NCBI GenBank assembly: GCA_963743915.1
Contig: CAVURN010000003.1
Location: 352,001 to 416,000 of the forward strand
Source of the DNA: an uncultured Actinomycetota bacterium
GTDB lineage: Bacteria; Actinomycetota; Actinomycetes; JAHEKZ01
Direction of reading: 5' to 3'
DNA: 64,000 bases
The notes under the pieces are model-generated. The model had not been told where the DNA came from, did not search any database, and saw only the letters and a program-made list of their open reading frames with translations. The translations under genes were made by a program, and so were the position numbers. Positions 63,654 to 64,000 of this stretch are shown piece after piece (positions within the stretch are counted from its first letter, which is position 1; each line of letters starts with the position of its first letter).

Positions 63654-64000
63654 ATGCCGCAGGATCTGCAGTTCTGTCTGCCGGACGTGGGCGAGGGGCT
63701 CACCGAGGGCGAGGTGCTGAAGTGGCTTGTCGCTGAGGGCGACACCGTGACGGTCAACCAGCCACTGGTCGAGGTCGAGACGGCCAAGGCCGCAGTCGAG
63801 CTGCCGTCGCCCTACGCAGGTGTCGTGGCGAGCCTGCACGCCGATGAAGGTGCGCTGCTGCCGGTAGGGGCCCCCCTGGTGACGATCCGGAGCGACTCGA
63901 CGCCGGCGAACGGGACGCCGCCGGTGGAGGTCGCCCCATCTGCAGCGGCCGACGACACCGCGGCCGACGCCAAGGACGAGGGCAGCGGCCCAGTGCTCGT
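63654..64000 (+). CDS. pdhC: 2-oxoacid dehydrogenase E2, N-terminal lipoyl domain (partial)
   Basis: F.LPDVGEGLTEG, VEVETAKAAVELPSP lipoyl lysine; runs off the window. Confidence 0.92.
   Translation, partial: MPQDLQFCLPDVGEGLTEGEVLKWLVAEGDTVTVNQPLVEVETAKAAVELPSPYAGVVASLHADEGALLPVGAPLVTIRSDSTPANGTPPVEVAPSAAADDTAADAKDEGSGPVL

Overview
High-GC actinobacterial chromosome segment next to the replication origin. It carries the conserved backbone cwlM-trxA-trxB-(anti-sigma)-sigM-pseudokinase-murJ-DUF6049-cca-MFS-ino1-padR-DUF5318-ponA-GT87-alr-like-femX-xth-rpsF-ssb-rpsR-rplI-dnaB. Metabolic and accessory genes follow: arr, an FGGY/FAD-oxidoreductase trio, tipA-like, ubiA-like, an S8 protease, aminotransferase-SDR-Lrp, DUF222-HNH, pat, cydABDC, a DosS/DosR-like pair and a 2-oxoacid dehydrogenase operon. 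About a dozen single-base frameshifts, mostly +1 and several in core genes, indicate an error-prone long-read assembly, so single-base claims need read-level checks. No rRNA, tRNA, CRISPR array or IS transposase was seen. Best leads: (1) three unrelated accessory units (Tad-like pilin plus NlpC/P60, an orphan chemoreceptor, and a membrane-anchored Pro/Thr + NGHGKPD-repeat protein) each have a sigma28/FliA-type YTCA-N16/17-GCCGAT promoter, suggesting a dispersed motile-stage regulon; (2) a MurT/GatD pair lacks both the GatD catalytic Cys and the MurT triad Asp; (3) a DUF222-HNH gene has a PafBC-type promoter and a leader that can sequester its start codon; (4) tandem DosR boxes sit in front of cydABDC, with a DosS/DosR-like pair at the end of the operon. 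All calls come from reading motifs by eye; no database search was run.
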